From Selaginella moellendorffii (taxonomy: Eukaryota; Plantae; Lycopodiophyta): DNA of 64,000 nt. Positions 38,228-51,890 of this stretch are shown one piece after another. Every line of letters starts with the position of its first letter. The first letter of the stretch is position 1. The notes beneath the pieces are model-generated. The model searched no databases and was not told the DNA's origin. It saw only the letters and a list, made by a program, of their open reading frames with translations. The translations under genes and the position numbers were made by a program. Location of the stretch: positions 1,111,663 to 1,175,662 of the forward strand of contig NW_003314280.1 in assembly GCF_000143415.4 (NCBI RefSeq), given 5' to 3'.

Positions 38228-38632
38228 TACGACGTTCCAGCGGATATAATCTGCACGCCCGCATCTTCACCAACAAAAACTTTCTCAAGCCAGATGGTTA
38301 GTTCCCCTCTCTACCAGCTTTCGTGATCTCAGGAGGACTTCACTGGGAAAACTTGCGACCTCAGCCGAATCCCCGCGCTCGAGCGTCAGCGAGAGGCAGA
38401 GCTCCAGCAGCACTTGGAGGATCTGGGGGCGAGAGCTCGCAAAGTTTTGGTGCTCAAAGGCAGCAGGAAGATCGTTGCTCGGGCTATGGTGGACGAGGAG
38501 AAGAGTGATGCTTACGTGAAAGCTATCAACTCGAGCACGAGATAGCTCCATGGGTGGTCGACAAGAGCGAGCTCGGCGATTGACCAAGATCCTTTCTTTA
38601 ATGTATACATGCCGCCATGCATTTATATGAAA
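38228..38632 (+). pseudogene. Second eroded partial copy of the 3' end of MTHFSD paralog 3
   Basis: TACGACGTTCCAGCGGATATAATCTGCACGCC through GATTGACCAAGATCCTTTC matches 36511-37110, with frameshifting deletions. Confidence 0.8.
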
Positions 38633-38901
38633 CTTGTCTCCGTTCTCTCTCGATAGCTAGGGTTTTGCGGTCTCGTCACGGCTCACGGGCGATTGCGATC
38701 GGCGCGCTACATTGCATCGATCTTCGCAGATTCTTGGCGCGATCTCTCTACGAAGTATAAATCGGTGGTGCTCGCAGTGAGATTTTTTCTTGCGCGGAGG
38801 TATATCTCGTCTCTGCTTTCTCGATTCGCCGGCAGCTAGCTTGAAATCAATGGTTTTTCTTTTTCCCCCTCTCTCTTATCGGCGCTTTGATCTTCGCAGC
38901 T

Positions 38902-39878
38902 ATGTGGCCATCCGGAGAGGGCTTCGCCGTTCTTCCTGTGCGGTGCAATCTCTGTGGAAGCCACATGACTTACGACCATGTCCAAGAACACTTTCAAGTC
39001 TGCAATGTAAGAAGCTCTCTCCCTCTCGCCATTTTCTTGGAGTTCTTTCGCTCTCAAACCTTTGTTCTTTCTGTGCCTGAAGCTTTCGTCACGGCCGGTT
39101 GTGAAGCCGAGTCCTTTCTTCTACTCCTCGCCACAGCCGTATGGGGAGCAGCTTTTCCATCCATCGCAACCATTGCAGCAAGAGCTTTCCCCCGATCGGT
39201 ATGGCTGCCCGCATTCCCACCAGCATCGAAATGGCGTCGCCGCCGAGCGGAATGGAGCTCCTTCTCGTCGAGAGCTTCCGCCACAGCTTTGTCCTCAGCT
39301 CGAAGATACTTTCTCCGGAAGCGTTTCGGGCTCCGTTTCTCTTCCGAGGCAGCAGCACGTCTGTTGTCGACGCCCCAGTCCCCCGACGATGCCACCCAGT
39401 CAAGATCGTGTCTTCGAGCATTCCCCTGGTAGCTCTGCTTGCACGAAACGATGTTCCCCGCACGAAGCTCTTCACGGCTGCAAAGTTTCGGTGCCAGCAT
39501 CGCCTCACGGGCGAAGGAAGGTGATCAGTGATCCCGAGCTTTGGAGGCGCTTAAACTCGCCCTTGGAGTCCGAGCCAGCGCCCCGCAGATCCAAGAAGTC
39601 GAGAACAGCAGAGCTCTCAACTTCGTCCCTGGAATACCACGAGCCTGTAAGTGGTCTTAGTGCTTTCACAACTTGGCGATGTGTGATGAGGCTTGTTGCT
39701 TTGTTAGCAGGAGCGCGGGAGGAACTCTGTCAGCCCAGCTTGGTGCCGGTTATGTGAGATCGATTGCTTCACAGTGGAAGGTCTCAAGCACCATAGCAAG
39801 ACTCGCGATCATATGGACAGATCGCTCGACATAGTTTCGTCCATCAAGAGCAGAAGTTGGCGAGCTCGCAGAAGCTAA
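38902..39878 (+). CDS. Protein with an N-terminal C2HC zinc finger and a C-terminal U1/matrin-type C2H2 zinc finger, 3 exons
   Basis: Exon 1: CNLCGSHMTYDHVQEHFQVC. Exon 2: Pro/Ser-rich linker. Exon 3 (from 39708): WCRLCEIDCFTVEGLKHHSKTRDH, stop at 39876-39878. Confidence 0.7.
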
Positions 39879-40060
39879 AGCTAAATATTTTCGTGAGTTC
39901 TTTCTACTCGATCTACTACTAACTTTACCTTTTTTGATCCAGTTGGTCTCGGACTTTATATATTATACGTATTCAAAGATCCCCAAAAGTCTTGATTCTC
40001 CCGGGACTTTTGGATTGTCTTGTTTTCGAGAGGGAGGAAGTTCTCTAGGGCCTATTGGTT

Positions 40061-42513
<2,453 letters not shown>

Positions 42514-42771
42514 TACGAAGGAAGAACAACACACCAAGTACGTAATTCTTTGTATGATTTCTCATTCCTTTCCAGGAGAAGTTTGTGATTAAAGTTCAAG
42601 AATAAGCTCGCTCGGCACCAAGTACGTATATAATGTTTGTTTCATACTTGTTCTTAATGGGAAAACCACACTTTAATTAAAGCTTTCTTGAGCTCACAGC
42701 TTCCACGTACGTATAAAGTTGATGATGAAAGCTTTCCTGAGCTCACAGCTTCCATTTTAGTTTTGCTTCTC

Positions 42772-43019
42772 TCATCCATCTCGCAGGAGCTCCTCCATGG
42801 GACGGACGTTCTCCAGCTTCCCTGGGTTGAGCATGGTCCTTTGTGGAGGGGCGGGGTCCTGTGGATTCAACTTGGTGCACAAGCAAGCGATTCGCATCGC
42901 CCGCTTCATCTCGGTTATCTAAATGCCGGGTTTTGGCCGAGAGTATCATCGCCGCCACCTTCTTCCCCTCCTCGCGCTGCTGGCTTGAGCAGTGTCGGGT
43001 CGATCCCCTTGAGCTCCTG
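42772..43019 (-). pseudogene. Decayed 3' fragment of the SOBIR1-like kinase
   Basis: QELKGIDPTLLKPAARGGEEGGGDDTLGQ matches the C-terminus of the RLK at 45745, with frameshifting deletions. Confidence 0.85.
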
Positions 43020-43286
43020 TGGATCGGTCGAAAGGTGCCAATGCCGTGGGCGAGACTCCGGAGTCTGGATCGTGGGTTTGACCCGGGAGAGGACTTTTGG
43101 ACTATTGGAGCCACAGGCAAGGATTAAAAGACGCATCACCATCTCATCGTGGCCATACGGCGCCAAATGTGTCGTCCGGTTCGCCAGATGAGCGATCGAG
43201 GAAACTTTAGACCAGAATCGAGGCTGGGAACTCTGGTTCTAAAGTTCCCTGGAAAGTTCCAAATTTTCCTGTGTGAGTGGAAAGGG

Positions 43287-45327
43287 ATGGGAGCCATGGA
43301 GGAGAGCACCGTCGCCGACGCTAGCACAACCAAGGTGAGGAATTTCTCTTGGAAGAAATTAAGGAGAATGGAAGACACATTGGTGCTTTCGACTTTGTAA
43401 GGATCTTGAAAATGGCTGGTCTGGAGATCTGGAGAAAGAGAGCTTCATCACAAAGGACGGCACTGTGGATTGGAAGAACAATCCTGCTGATAGGAGAACT
43501 ACCGGCGGCTGGAAAGCGTGTCCTTATATCTTGGGTGAGCAACAAAGAAACGAAACTGTTTGATATCTTGCTTGATCTTGCCTTGAACAGGAAACGAATG
43601 CTGTGAGAGGCTTGCCTACTATGGAATGTCCATAAACTTGGTGGTGTTTCTGACCGACAAACTCCATCAGCACAACGCGACTGCATCGACCAATGTGACG
43701 AACTGGTCTGGAACGTGTGACATCACGCCTCTCATAGGAGCTTTCTTGGCCGATGCCTACCTCGGTCGCTACTGGACGATCGCTGCCTTCTCTTCTGTAT
43801 ACTTTGTGGTAAGTTCTTCTTTCTCGACTTTCATAGCTTCGCAGCTAAAAGTTTGTTTTTCTTACAGGGAATGGTTCTGCTCACTTTATCAGCGTCAGTT
43901 CCATCGTTAAAACCACCGTCTTGTGTGGGGGACGTTTGTCCTGGGGCCTCGCCTGGTCAGATCGGATCATTCTATCTGGCTCTCTATCTGGTAGCGCTGG
44001 GCACTGGTGGAATCAAGCCTTGCGTTTCATCCTTTGGAGCAGACCAGTTTGACGACGAAGACCTCTCGGAGAAGAAGTATATGACTGTCTTCTTCAACTG
44101 GTTCTACTTCTCGATCAACGTCGGTGCCATGATCGCCAGCACCTTTCTCGTTTACATCCAGCAAAGCGTCAACTGGGCTTGGGGATTTGGCATACCGGCA
44201 GCAGCAATGGGAATAGCAATTGTGGGCTTCTTCATCGGGTCCAAGCAGTACAGGCACCAGAAACCAGGAGGAAGTCCGCTCACTCGGATCGCTCAAGTTA
44301 TCGTCGCAGCCATCCGGAACTGGAGGCTACGTCTTCCAGCCGACGAGACCATGCTCTACGAGGTCGACGGGAAGGCGTCCGCCATCGAAGGGAGCCGAAA
44401 AATCCAGCATACAGCAGAATACAGGTGAAGAAGTGCTCCTTATATATTTTTTGCGGGCTTCGCTTCATTCTAAGTTCTTGTGACTTTCGGTTTGAAAGTT
44501 TCCTGGACAAGGCAGCGATCGAGAACCAGTCGAGACCGACGACAAAGTGGAATCTTTGCACGGTCACTCAAGTCGAGGAAGTGAAGATCCTGCTACGAAT
44601 CGTTCCTATCTGGGCCAGCGTCATCGTCTTCTCCACAGTTTACGCTCAGATGTCGACGTTGTTCGTGGTGCAAGGCCTCAAGATGGACTACATCCTCGGC
44701 ACCTTCAAGGTCCCGTCGGCATCGCTCTCCATGTTTGACCCGCTCAGCGTGTTGATCTTGGTCCCGATCTACGACCGCCTGCTCGTCCCCTTCGTCCGCA
44801 AGTACACCGGCCATCCACAGGGATTCACGCAGCTCCAGAGGATGGGAATCGGTCTCGTCATCTCCACGATCTCCATGGTGGTGGCGGCGGTCCTGGAGAT
44901 CCAGCGTCTGCGAGTCGCGAGGGAGAAAGGCCTGGTGGATGCCGACGACAAGAACTTCCCGAAGCTCCTCAACGCGCAGCTCAGCATCTTCTGGCAAATC
45001 CCCCAGTACTTCATCATCGGGGCGTCGGAGGTGTTCACCTTCATCGGGCAGCTCGAGTTCTTCTACGAGCAGTCGCCCGACGCCATGCGGAGCTTGGGCT
45101 CGGCGCTGTCGCTGGCGACGGTGGCGCTGGGGAACTACCTCTCGAGCTTGCTGGTGACCATCGTTACCAAGATCACCCGGAGGGATGGGAAGCCCGGATG
45201 GATCGCCGACAACCTCAACCATGGCCACATTAACTACTTCTTTTGGCTCTTGGCAGCGCTCAGCGTCGTCAACTTTCTCTTCTATCTTTCATTCGCGTAT
45301 CGCTTCAAGTATAAGGAGACTAAGTAA
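43287..45327 (+). CDS. NPF8: NRT1/PTR family transporter, NPF8 (PTR1/PTR2-like peptide transporter), multi-exon
   Basis: [32 protein letters not shown] (ExxER), [45 protein letters not shown]. Confidence 0.93.
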
Positions 45328-45402
45328 AAGAAGATTGGCGACTAAGTAAAAGAAAAGCTTAACTGTGTACAGTGGCCTTTAGTCAACGTGATCTGGTCAA
45401 AG

Positions 45403-46011
45403 CTGCCCGGAGAGCTCATGCTGGTTCTCAAGGGGGTGTTTACGTTTAACAGCAGACGAAGAAGTCTCGCCAGACTGGTGTGATACGGATCGAAGGAAGA
45501 CCAACACACCAAGTACGTAATTCTTGGTATGATTTCTCATTGAGAAGTTTGTGATGGAAGTTCAAGAATAAGCTCGCTCGGCACCAAGTACGTATATAAT
45601 GTTTGTTTCATACTTGTTCTTAATGGGAAAGCCACACTTTAATGAAAGCTTTCTTGAGCTCACAGCTTCCACGTACGTATAAAGTTGATGAAAGCTTTCC
45701 TGAGCTCACAGCTTCCAAGTACGTATCGTTTAGTTTTTCTCCTCTCATCCATCTCGCAGGAGCTCTTCCATGGGACGGACGTTCTCCAGCTTCCCTGGGT
45801 TGAGCATGACGAGCACGTCCTTCGTGGAGGGGCGGTCCTGCGGATTCAACTTGGTGCACAAGCAAGCGATTCGCATCGCCCGCTTCATCTCGGTTATCTC
45901 GTCCAGATTCGCAAATCCCGGGGTTTGGCCGAGAGTATCATCGCCGCCACCTTCTCCTCCTCCTCGCGCTGCTGGCTTGAGCAGTGTCGGGTCGATCCCC
46001 CTGAGCTCCTG
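45403..46011 (+). repeat. Direct repeat copy B: decayed DUR3 3' end, intergenic DNA, intact RLK 3' end
   Basis: Near-identical to 42394-43019. Confidence 0.9.
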
Positions 46012-47637
46012 GCCGCTCTGGACGAGGTAGCACATCCACGGCACGATGCCGCCGGGGAAATCCTTGAAGAACTCGTCGGTGGGCTCGCGGCCGCTGATGA
46101 GCACGCCGAGGACGATGCCCATGCTGTAGACGTCGCTGCTCACGGTGAACTTGCATGTCTGGTGGTACTCGGGCGCGATGTACCCGATGGTGCCCGCCAC
46201 CTGCGTCGTGACGTGCGTCATGCCGTCGGGCAGCGCCTTGGCCAGCCCGAAGTCGCCCAGGTGCGCCTCCAGCTCCTCGTCCAGCAAGATGTTGCTCGTC
46301 TTGAGGTCGCGGTGGAGAATCTTTGGGCTGCAATCGTAGTGGAGGTACTTAAGCCCGCGGACCATGCCGGTGGCGATCCGCTGCCGCGCGGACCACTCGA
46401 GCTCCATCGCGCCGTCGCGGACCCGGGCCAGCACGTCCTGGAGGCTACCGCGCGGCATGTACTGGTAGAGGAGGAGGTGGGCGTCGGGCTTGAGTATGTA
46501 CGCGTAGAGCCACGCGAGGTTGACGTGGCGGATCTTGCCAAGTGTCTCCATCTCGGCGACCGTGTGGCGCTTGCCGAAGCTGCCCTTGCCGCTGGATCGC
46601 GAGGCATCGGACGACGACGGCGGCTCGGGCGGCTGGATCGGGATTCGCTTGACCGCCACCTCCATGCCGCCCTCGAGCACGGCTTTGTAGACCTTGCCCG
46701 CGCCGCCGGCGCCCAGGAGGGGCATTTGCTGGAAGGACTCCGGGGAATCGAGGAAGGCAAGCATCTTGGGCGTGAGCTTGTGGAAGAAGATGATGGGGCC
46801 GTTCTTGGCGCGCGCGCGCTTGTAGACGATGATCCCCGCGCGCGCGATGATGCCCACGAGCACGCCCGAGACCGAGCCGGCGATCACGCCCAGCGCCGCG
46901 CCGATGCCCCACCGCCGCGCCCTGCTGCGCCCCTTGTGCCGCGGGGATGATCCTGCCGCCGCGGCGCTGGGCGATGGAGCTTCGCTGCCATTGGAGCTCG
47001 GAGGGGTCGGCGATTGCGATGGCGATGGAGCTGTAGCGCCGTCCTGGAGGAGTGCTCGCCGGGCACTGGAATAGTGCTTCTTCGTGGTGATGATCGAGGA
47101 TGGAGGACACTCGCGATCTAAGGGCCAGCCACAGAGGCCGGGATTCCCAGCGAATGCCGCGGCGCTGCGCAGGGAATTCCCATTCCCATTCCCAGTAGGG
47201 ATCCGACCCACGAGGCGATTGCTGGAGAGATCGATGGAGCGGAGCTTGGGCAGCTGGGCAATCTCGTCCGGGATGAGGCCCGAGAGGCGATTGGCGGACA
47301 GATCCAGCACGCGGAGCTCCGAGAGGAGCCCCAGCCGCGGGGAGAGCTCACCTTCCAGGAGAGATTTGGGCAGCCGGATGGAGACGACGCGGAATCCCTG
47401 GCTGCCGTGGATCCACGAGCACTCCACGCCGCTCCAGGCGGTGCAAGCCTCCTCGTCGCGGCGCCAGGAGCGCAGCGCGCCGCTGGGGTCGTGGCGGATG
47501 TGGGCGGCGAAGGAGCGGAGAGCCGCGATGTCGGAGGTGTCCACGCTCGTCGCGAATTCCAATTCCTCTCCATGGCAGCCGCCCAAGAGGAGAAGAACCC
47601 ATAAGCTGGAGAGGATGAGCGCCAGGAATCCCGCCAT
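45745..47637 (-). CDS. SOBIR1: LRR receptor-like kinase, SOBIR1/EVR-like, intronless
   Basis: Signal peptide, LRRNT plus ~2-3 LRRs, GxxxG-rich TM, LAFLD juxtamembrane, HRDLK, DFGLAKALPDGMTHVTT, APEYHQT, PTDEFF; these match SOBIR1-type kinases as I recall them. Confidence 0.78.
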   Translation of the reverse strand: MAGFLALILSSLWVLLLLGGCHGEELEFATSVDTSDIAALRSFAAHIRHDPSGALRSWRRDEEACTAWSGVECSWIHGSQGFRVVSIRLPKSLLEGELSPRLGLLSELRVLDLSANRLSGLIPDEIAQLPKLRSIDLSSNRLVGRIPTGNGNGNSLRSAAAFAGNPGLCGWPLDRECPPSSIITTKKHYSSARRALLQDGATAPSPSQSPTPPSSNGSEAPSPSAAAAGSSPRHKGRSRARRWGIGAALGVIAGSVSGVLVGIIARAGIIVYKRARAKNGPIIFFHKLTPKMLAFLDSPESFQQMPLLGAGGAGKVYKAVLEGGMEVAVKRIPIQPPEPPSSSDASRSSGKGSFGKRHTVAEMETLGKIRHVNLAWLYAYILKPDAHLLLYQYMPRGSLQDVLARVRDGAMELEWSARQRIATGMVRGLKYLHYDCSPKILHRDLKTSNILLDEELEAHLGDFGLAKALPDGMTHVTTQVAGTIGYIAPEYHQTCKFTVSSDVYSMGIVLGVLISGREPTDEFFKDFPGGIVPWMCYLVQSGQELRGIDPTLLKPAARGGGEGGGDDTLGQTPGFANLDEITEMKRAMRIACLCTKLNPQDRPSTKDVLVMLNPGKLENVRPMEELLRDG

Positions 47638-47716
47638 CGCTGGAGGGAGGCCCAGCTAGAAGAAGAAGAGACTATCTTCCCTTCTGCGTTCTTTAAAGAA
47701 GGTATATCATCGTAAG

Positions 47717-47888
47717 TTGACCGGCATTGCCCGAAAATCTTGGTCAGTTCAAAGTAGAACTCTCTTCGTCAAAGTCAACTAGTATATTCGGGCTTTTTGA
47801 CTTGACTACATTAGGGCTAGGACTTACATTGACATGTCGATTATCTTGTCAACTTTTTTACTTTGACTTCTGTTGACGATAGTTGACT
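47717..47888. promoter_or_regulatory. Dense W-box cluster upstream of the SOBIR1-like gene
   Basis: About 10 TTGAC/GTCAA cores, 6 of them full TTGACY, in ~170 bp. Confidence 0.7.
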
Positions 47889-47924
47889 TTTAAAATTAAC
47901 ATAGAGTTCTAAGATCACACCACT

Positions 47925-50592
47925 CTAAGACGTTAAGATAGGTGGCAAAACATCCGACTTCGCTCCCAGGATGTTGGCCTTGGTGTCCGGGAACTGCGAT
48001 CGCCCCGGAAGCTCGCAAACCTCTCCAGTGGTCGTGATTCCAATCGGGTAGCTCAGCAAATGCCCGGGGAGATCCACCACCTCCTCGCCGGCAAACATCG
48101 CCCAGTACTCGTCCGCGAGCTCGTTCACCTTCCTCACGCACTCCAAGCTCGAGGGGTGGAGGTACGCGTTGTCCAGCTTGCCGAGGTGCTCGTACCACAG
48201 CGACATCCGGAAGCCGTGGACGTCGCCGCGAGGAGCGTGGTGGTGAGACGTGTGGAACGGCTGGTACGCTCCCATGGCGATCTCCGAGTCGCGGCCGCCG
48301 TCCATGGAGCGCTGGTTGATGTTGGCCGACCCGACGATGATGTACTCGTCGTCCACTGTTACGAGAAAGTCTAGTCAGTCAAGTGTGCTAGAACAAAAAC
48401 TATGACTATGGACTCGACCGTGAAAGTTTGAGCGTGGAAAGAAAACGAAAAGGCTGGAAGACTTACCGATCATCATCTTGGAGTGAACGTAGATCATGAA
48501 CCTCCTGTGCTCCTGTGCTCCCTTGTAGTTCGTTGCCTCCTCCTCGATGGCCTCCGGCGGGACGTAGTCGCCGTCTTGCGGCGTCTCTCGGTTTCCCAGG
48601 CAGAAGAAAGTGAGGTAGTCCTTTGGACTCTCGTCGGTGATCCCCTTGGCGTCCAAAGCCTGCGCAATCGACCTGTACATCATGTCCAGCGTCTTCTTCT
48701 GCCAGTCGAGGATGGCGAGCACCTGTCCACTCTCGGGGAGTCCCTCAGGCCACATTGGAACCACCACGTAGATGACGAACCGCTCGCCCTGCTCGATCTT
48801 GTTCACGACTTTGAGAGCCAGCTCTCTGGCGATCAAGTGGTACGCACCGGCGTCGGTGTCAGTGTCCCACGCAAACGAGCTCCCAAGGAAGTACTGGTTC
48901 TCGATGTAGATGAAGTCCTTTGCTCGCCGGATGGCATGAATGTAGGCGTCCTGGATGCTGCGGTCGATGGTGCTGTCTTTGCCGCTCACAAGCCCAGCCT
49001 TGGCCGCGAGCTCTGGATCCTCGGGGAAGTTTGCCGCGGCACCACCGTCGATAGACCGGAACAGCTGAACGTTCCATGTCGAGGGATCGTCCCGGAAAGT
49101 CACCTCGGCCGGGGGCTCGATGTCGCTGACTTCTCTTATTGGCAGCAGCAAGTCCTTCTCGTCCGCCTGCTTCAGCCACCGCTGCTCGAAGTTGTGGAGG
49201 ACGTCCCAGGCAACCGGCCCCTCGAGCTTGGAATGGATGTCATGCCACGGCTCTCTCGGCCCTCCCTTCTTGATGCTCGCGGTCTGGAAATTTGGCTGGT
49301 GGAAGTCGTCACCATGGTAGGAATCGAGCGTCCGGAAGAGCGAGTGGTACTGGTTGTCGTAGCGTCCATCGCAGAGGTCGATCCCTCCCACGAAGCTGAC
49401 AATTCTTCGCTGCTGCGAATCACCCTGAGCTCCCGGGAGAGGAGCATCGACAATGATGGTCTTCTGGTGGTGAGTGAACATGGTGCCGATCTGGAACTCT
49501 TGCACCACGCTCAGGCCGTCGTCTGGATTGCGCGGACACAGCAAGCACTTGACCTGCGTGCCCCTGAAGTAGTCGAGAGTTTCCTGGTCGTGAGTTGCCA
49601 TGAGCCCGTCCATCCTGACGATGGGAATCGACGTCCTGTCGTCCCACACCAGCATGAGCACACGAACTCCCTCCTCGGCTTTCCTCTTGAGAAGCTCGCC
49701 GAGAGTGACGCCAGAGCTGCCGGGGATTTGCCTCTCGGGATCTCGGATGAGCTTGATCTCGGTGTAGACGGACCAGCCGGTGATATAGATGAGGTGCTTG
49801 GCATTGGTGAGAGCTTCAAAGACGTCCTCCCAGCACCTGGTCTCGGCATGCTTCCCACCACCCGCGAGCTTGATATCGGGCAGGAAGTTCTCGGTCATAT
49901 GAGCGTCCTGGTAGAGCGTCACCTTGCATCCCTTCCGCTGCTGGCAGTACGTGAAAGGCACCCCCTGGAACTTCCTTCCATCGCAAAGTCCTCGGCCAAA
50001 GCGAGGATCGTTGGTGGCCTCGTGGAACTGGAGCTTGATCCGGACCTTGGAGTCGCCACGTTTCTCACCGTTGTCGTCGTAGAGATCATACCAGTTCTCC
50101 ACAGTCTCGCCGCTGAGGAGCTCCGAGACCTCGATGCTAGCTCGGCCCAGGAGCACCGCCCCGATGGCCTTGTCGTCCTTGATGGTCACCACCACCTTGG
50201 AAACATTGTGTGCGCAGTAAATGTGGAAGCTCTCGTTCCATGACTCGCCCTTTCCAATCATGCGCGTCCGGCCCACGCGAGTCTTCTCCAGATCGACAGT
50301 GGCATAGAACTTGTGTGAGCCATCGCCAGTGATTCCTCCGATAATCTGGAGCAAGGGAAAAAAAGGATGATCAATAGCGCAAGGACTCCAAAGAAATGTG
50401 CCAAAGAAGAAGAAATCTTGGACCAGATTTGGGATCTGGCTAAGGCCTAGATCACAGCCGCAGCAAATTAGCTCTAGATCGATCGAGATAGCACACCTTA
50501 TTGAAGAAACCCCCGGCGCTGTGATCGTGCTCCAGGTCCGAGGCCTCGTAGATCGTGGCATGGAGGGTTCCATGGAGGAGAATGAACGCCAT
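47925..50592 (-). CDS. PLDA: Phospholipase D alpha (C2-PLD), 3 coding exons
   Basis: [18 protein letters not shown]2 start; HKD motifs HHQKTIIVD and HSKMMI|VDD; [11 protein letters not shown]; LPPILTS*. Confidence 0.96.
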
Positions 50593-50966
50593 TGCCCGAA
50601 ATCCCTGCCAAATCCGCCGATTTAGACCTCCAATTGACCCCCAAGGCGGGCACTCGCGAATCGCGACTGCGCGATCCGGGCGTTTGCTTACCTCGAGATC
50701 AAGACGCTAAGCGATGGACGAGCGGATCAAAAGATAGCGAGGGAAGAACAGTAAACAGCGCTGTAGCTTTTATATTGCTACGTGTCCTCTTCCTTTTTTA
50801 TCTATTTTATCTCTGTCGCAGGCTCGGTTAAAGGCATGATCCAAATAACGCGCATTCTTTCTCCTTTACCCCACCGACACTTAAATCTCACATGGTTGGA
50901 AGACTTTGTTAGCGCCGCTGCTTAGCTAGCACTTAGCGGGAAAACCTTGCTTACAAGCAACATCAT

Positions 50967-51039
50967 GGTTCCATAGTGTAGTGGTCATCACGTTTGCTTT
51001 ACACGCAAAAGGTCGCGAGTTCGAAACTCGCTGGAACCA
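50967..51039 (+). tRNA. trnV-TAC: tRNA-Val (anticodon TAC)
   Basis: GGTTCCATAGTGTAGTGGTCATCACGTTTGCTTTACACGCAAAAGGTCGCGAGTTCGAAACTCGCTGGAACCA, a 73-nt cloverleaf followed by a T-run. Confidence 0.95.
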
Positions 51040-51890
51040 TTGAGGAAGATTCGATTTTTTCAGCCCTTCAAAATGGAGTACGTAAAAGGTCACTCGATTG
51101 TTGTTGGGTGAGGTACATGATCACTGCATTGATGGTTTTGGTGATGAATTTTTTATGAATATTTTAAGTGTTCTAGAGCTCGAAAAGAATCCAGCAAATG
51201 CCTCAGAATGTCATGGTTCATGAAACCAAAAATTTCTCTTTGCCTTTTGGGAAATGATAGAGCCACTAAATTTATTTGTGTTAGATTATGCTTTTTCATG
51301 ACTTCTTTAGTGAAGAATTTTTTATAAATATATAAAATATTCCAGTCAGTGTTTATTTTTGACTGTCAAACTCCAGTGTTGGAAAGCGATTCCAGCAAAT
51401 GCCCACTTTGGGGTGCATGGCACAAGATGCCTCTTCGTGCACAGTACAGAAAAGAATGCTAGATATCAAAGGAGCGAAGCGTATATTAAATCTGAAGGTT
51501 CCTCCAAGCTCGTGTCTTTTTGGACGGGATGGGGAAGGGCAGAAGGTTAGATTTCATCGATGTCTTCCTGCGATGTACTCTGGAAATTTTCTCTACCATT
51601 CCTTTCCGAGCAGATTCTTGCGCTCCATGAAGCTTGCCAGATTCTTGCCTTCCCTCAGCCGATCGGCATGCGCAAAGCTAGAATCAATGCTCGCATTTGC
51701 TATAATCGTTCTATCGGACAGATTTGATCGGGCAGCACGGGGGATGCCTCCCGATATGAGAATCCGTCATTTGAAATATCGGAATGCGGCTCGGTATCAA
51801 ATCCTCCTCCCGTCCCTTTGCCTTCCTGGCTCTTTGCCTCTTCCTTCCGGCCTCTTGTTCGTTTTAAACTGTGGTCCTCTAGATCGTATA

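Noticed and set aside
45685-46950. 421-aa plus-strand ORF
   Set aside because: Antisense shadow of the GC-rich RLK coding sequence; no motifs of its own.
48483-50243. 586-aa plus-strand ORF
   Set aside because: Antisense shadow of PLD produced by codon bias.
50967-51039. The tRNA-Val acceptor stem resembles animal tRNA-Val(TAC); possible horizontal transfer
   Set aside because: tRNAs are too short and conserved to support this without a search.
51399-51890. N-terminal part of the 262-aa ORF
   Set aside because: Overlaps duplicated non-coding flank and has no protein-like features; ATG 51891 is preferred.
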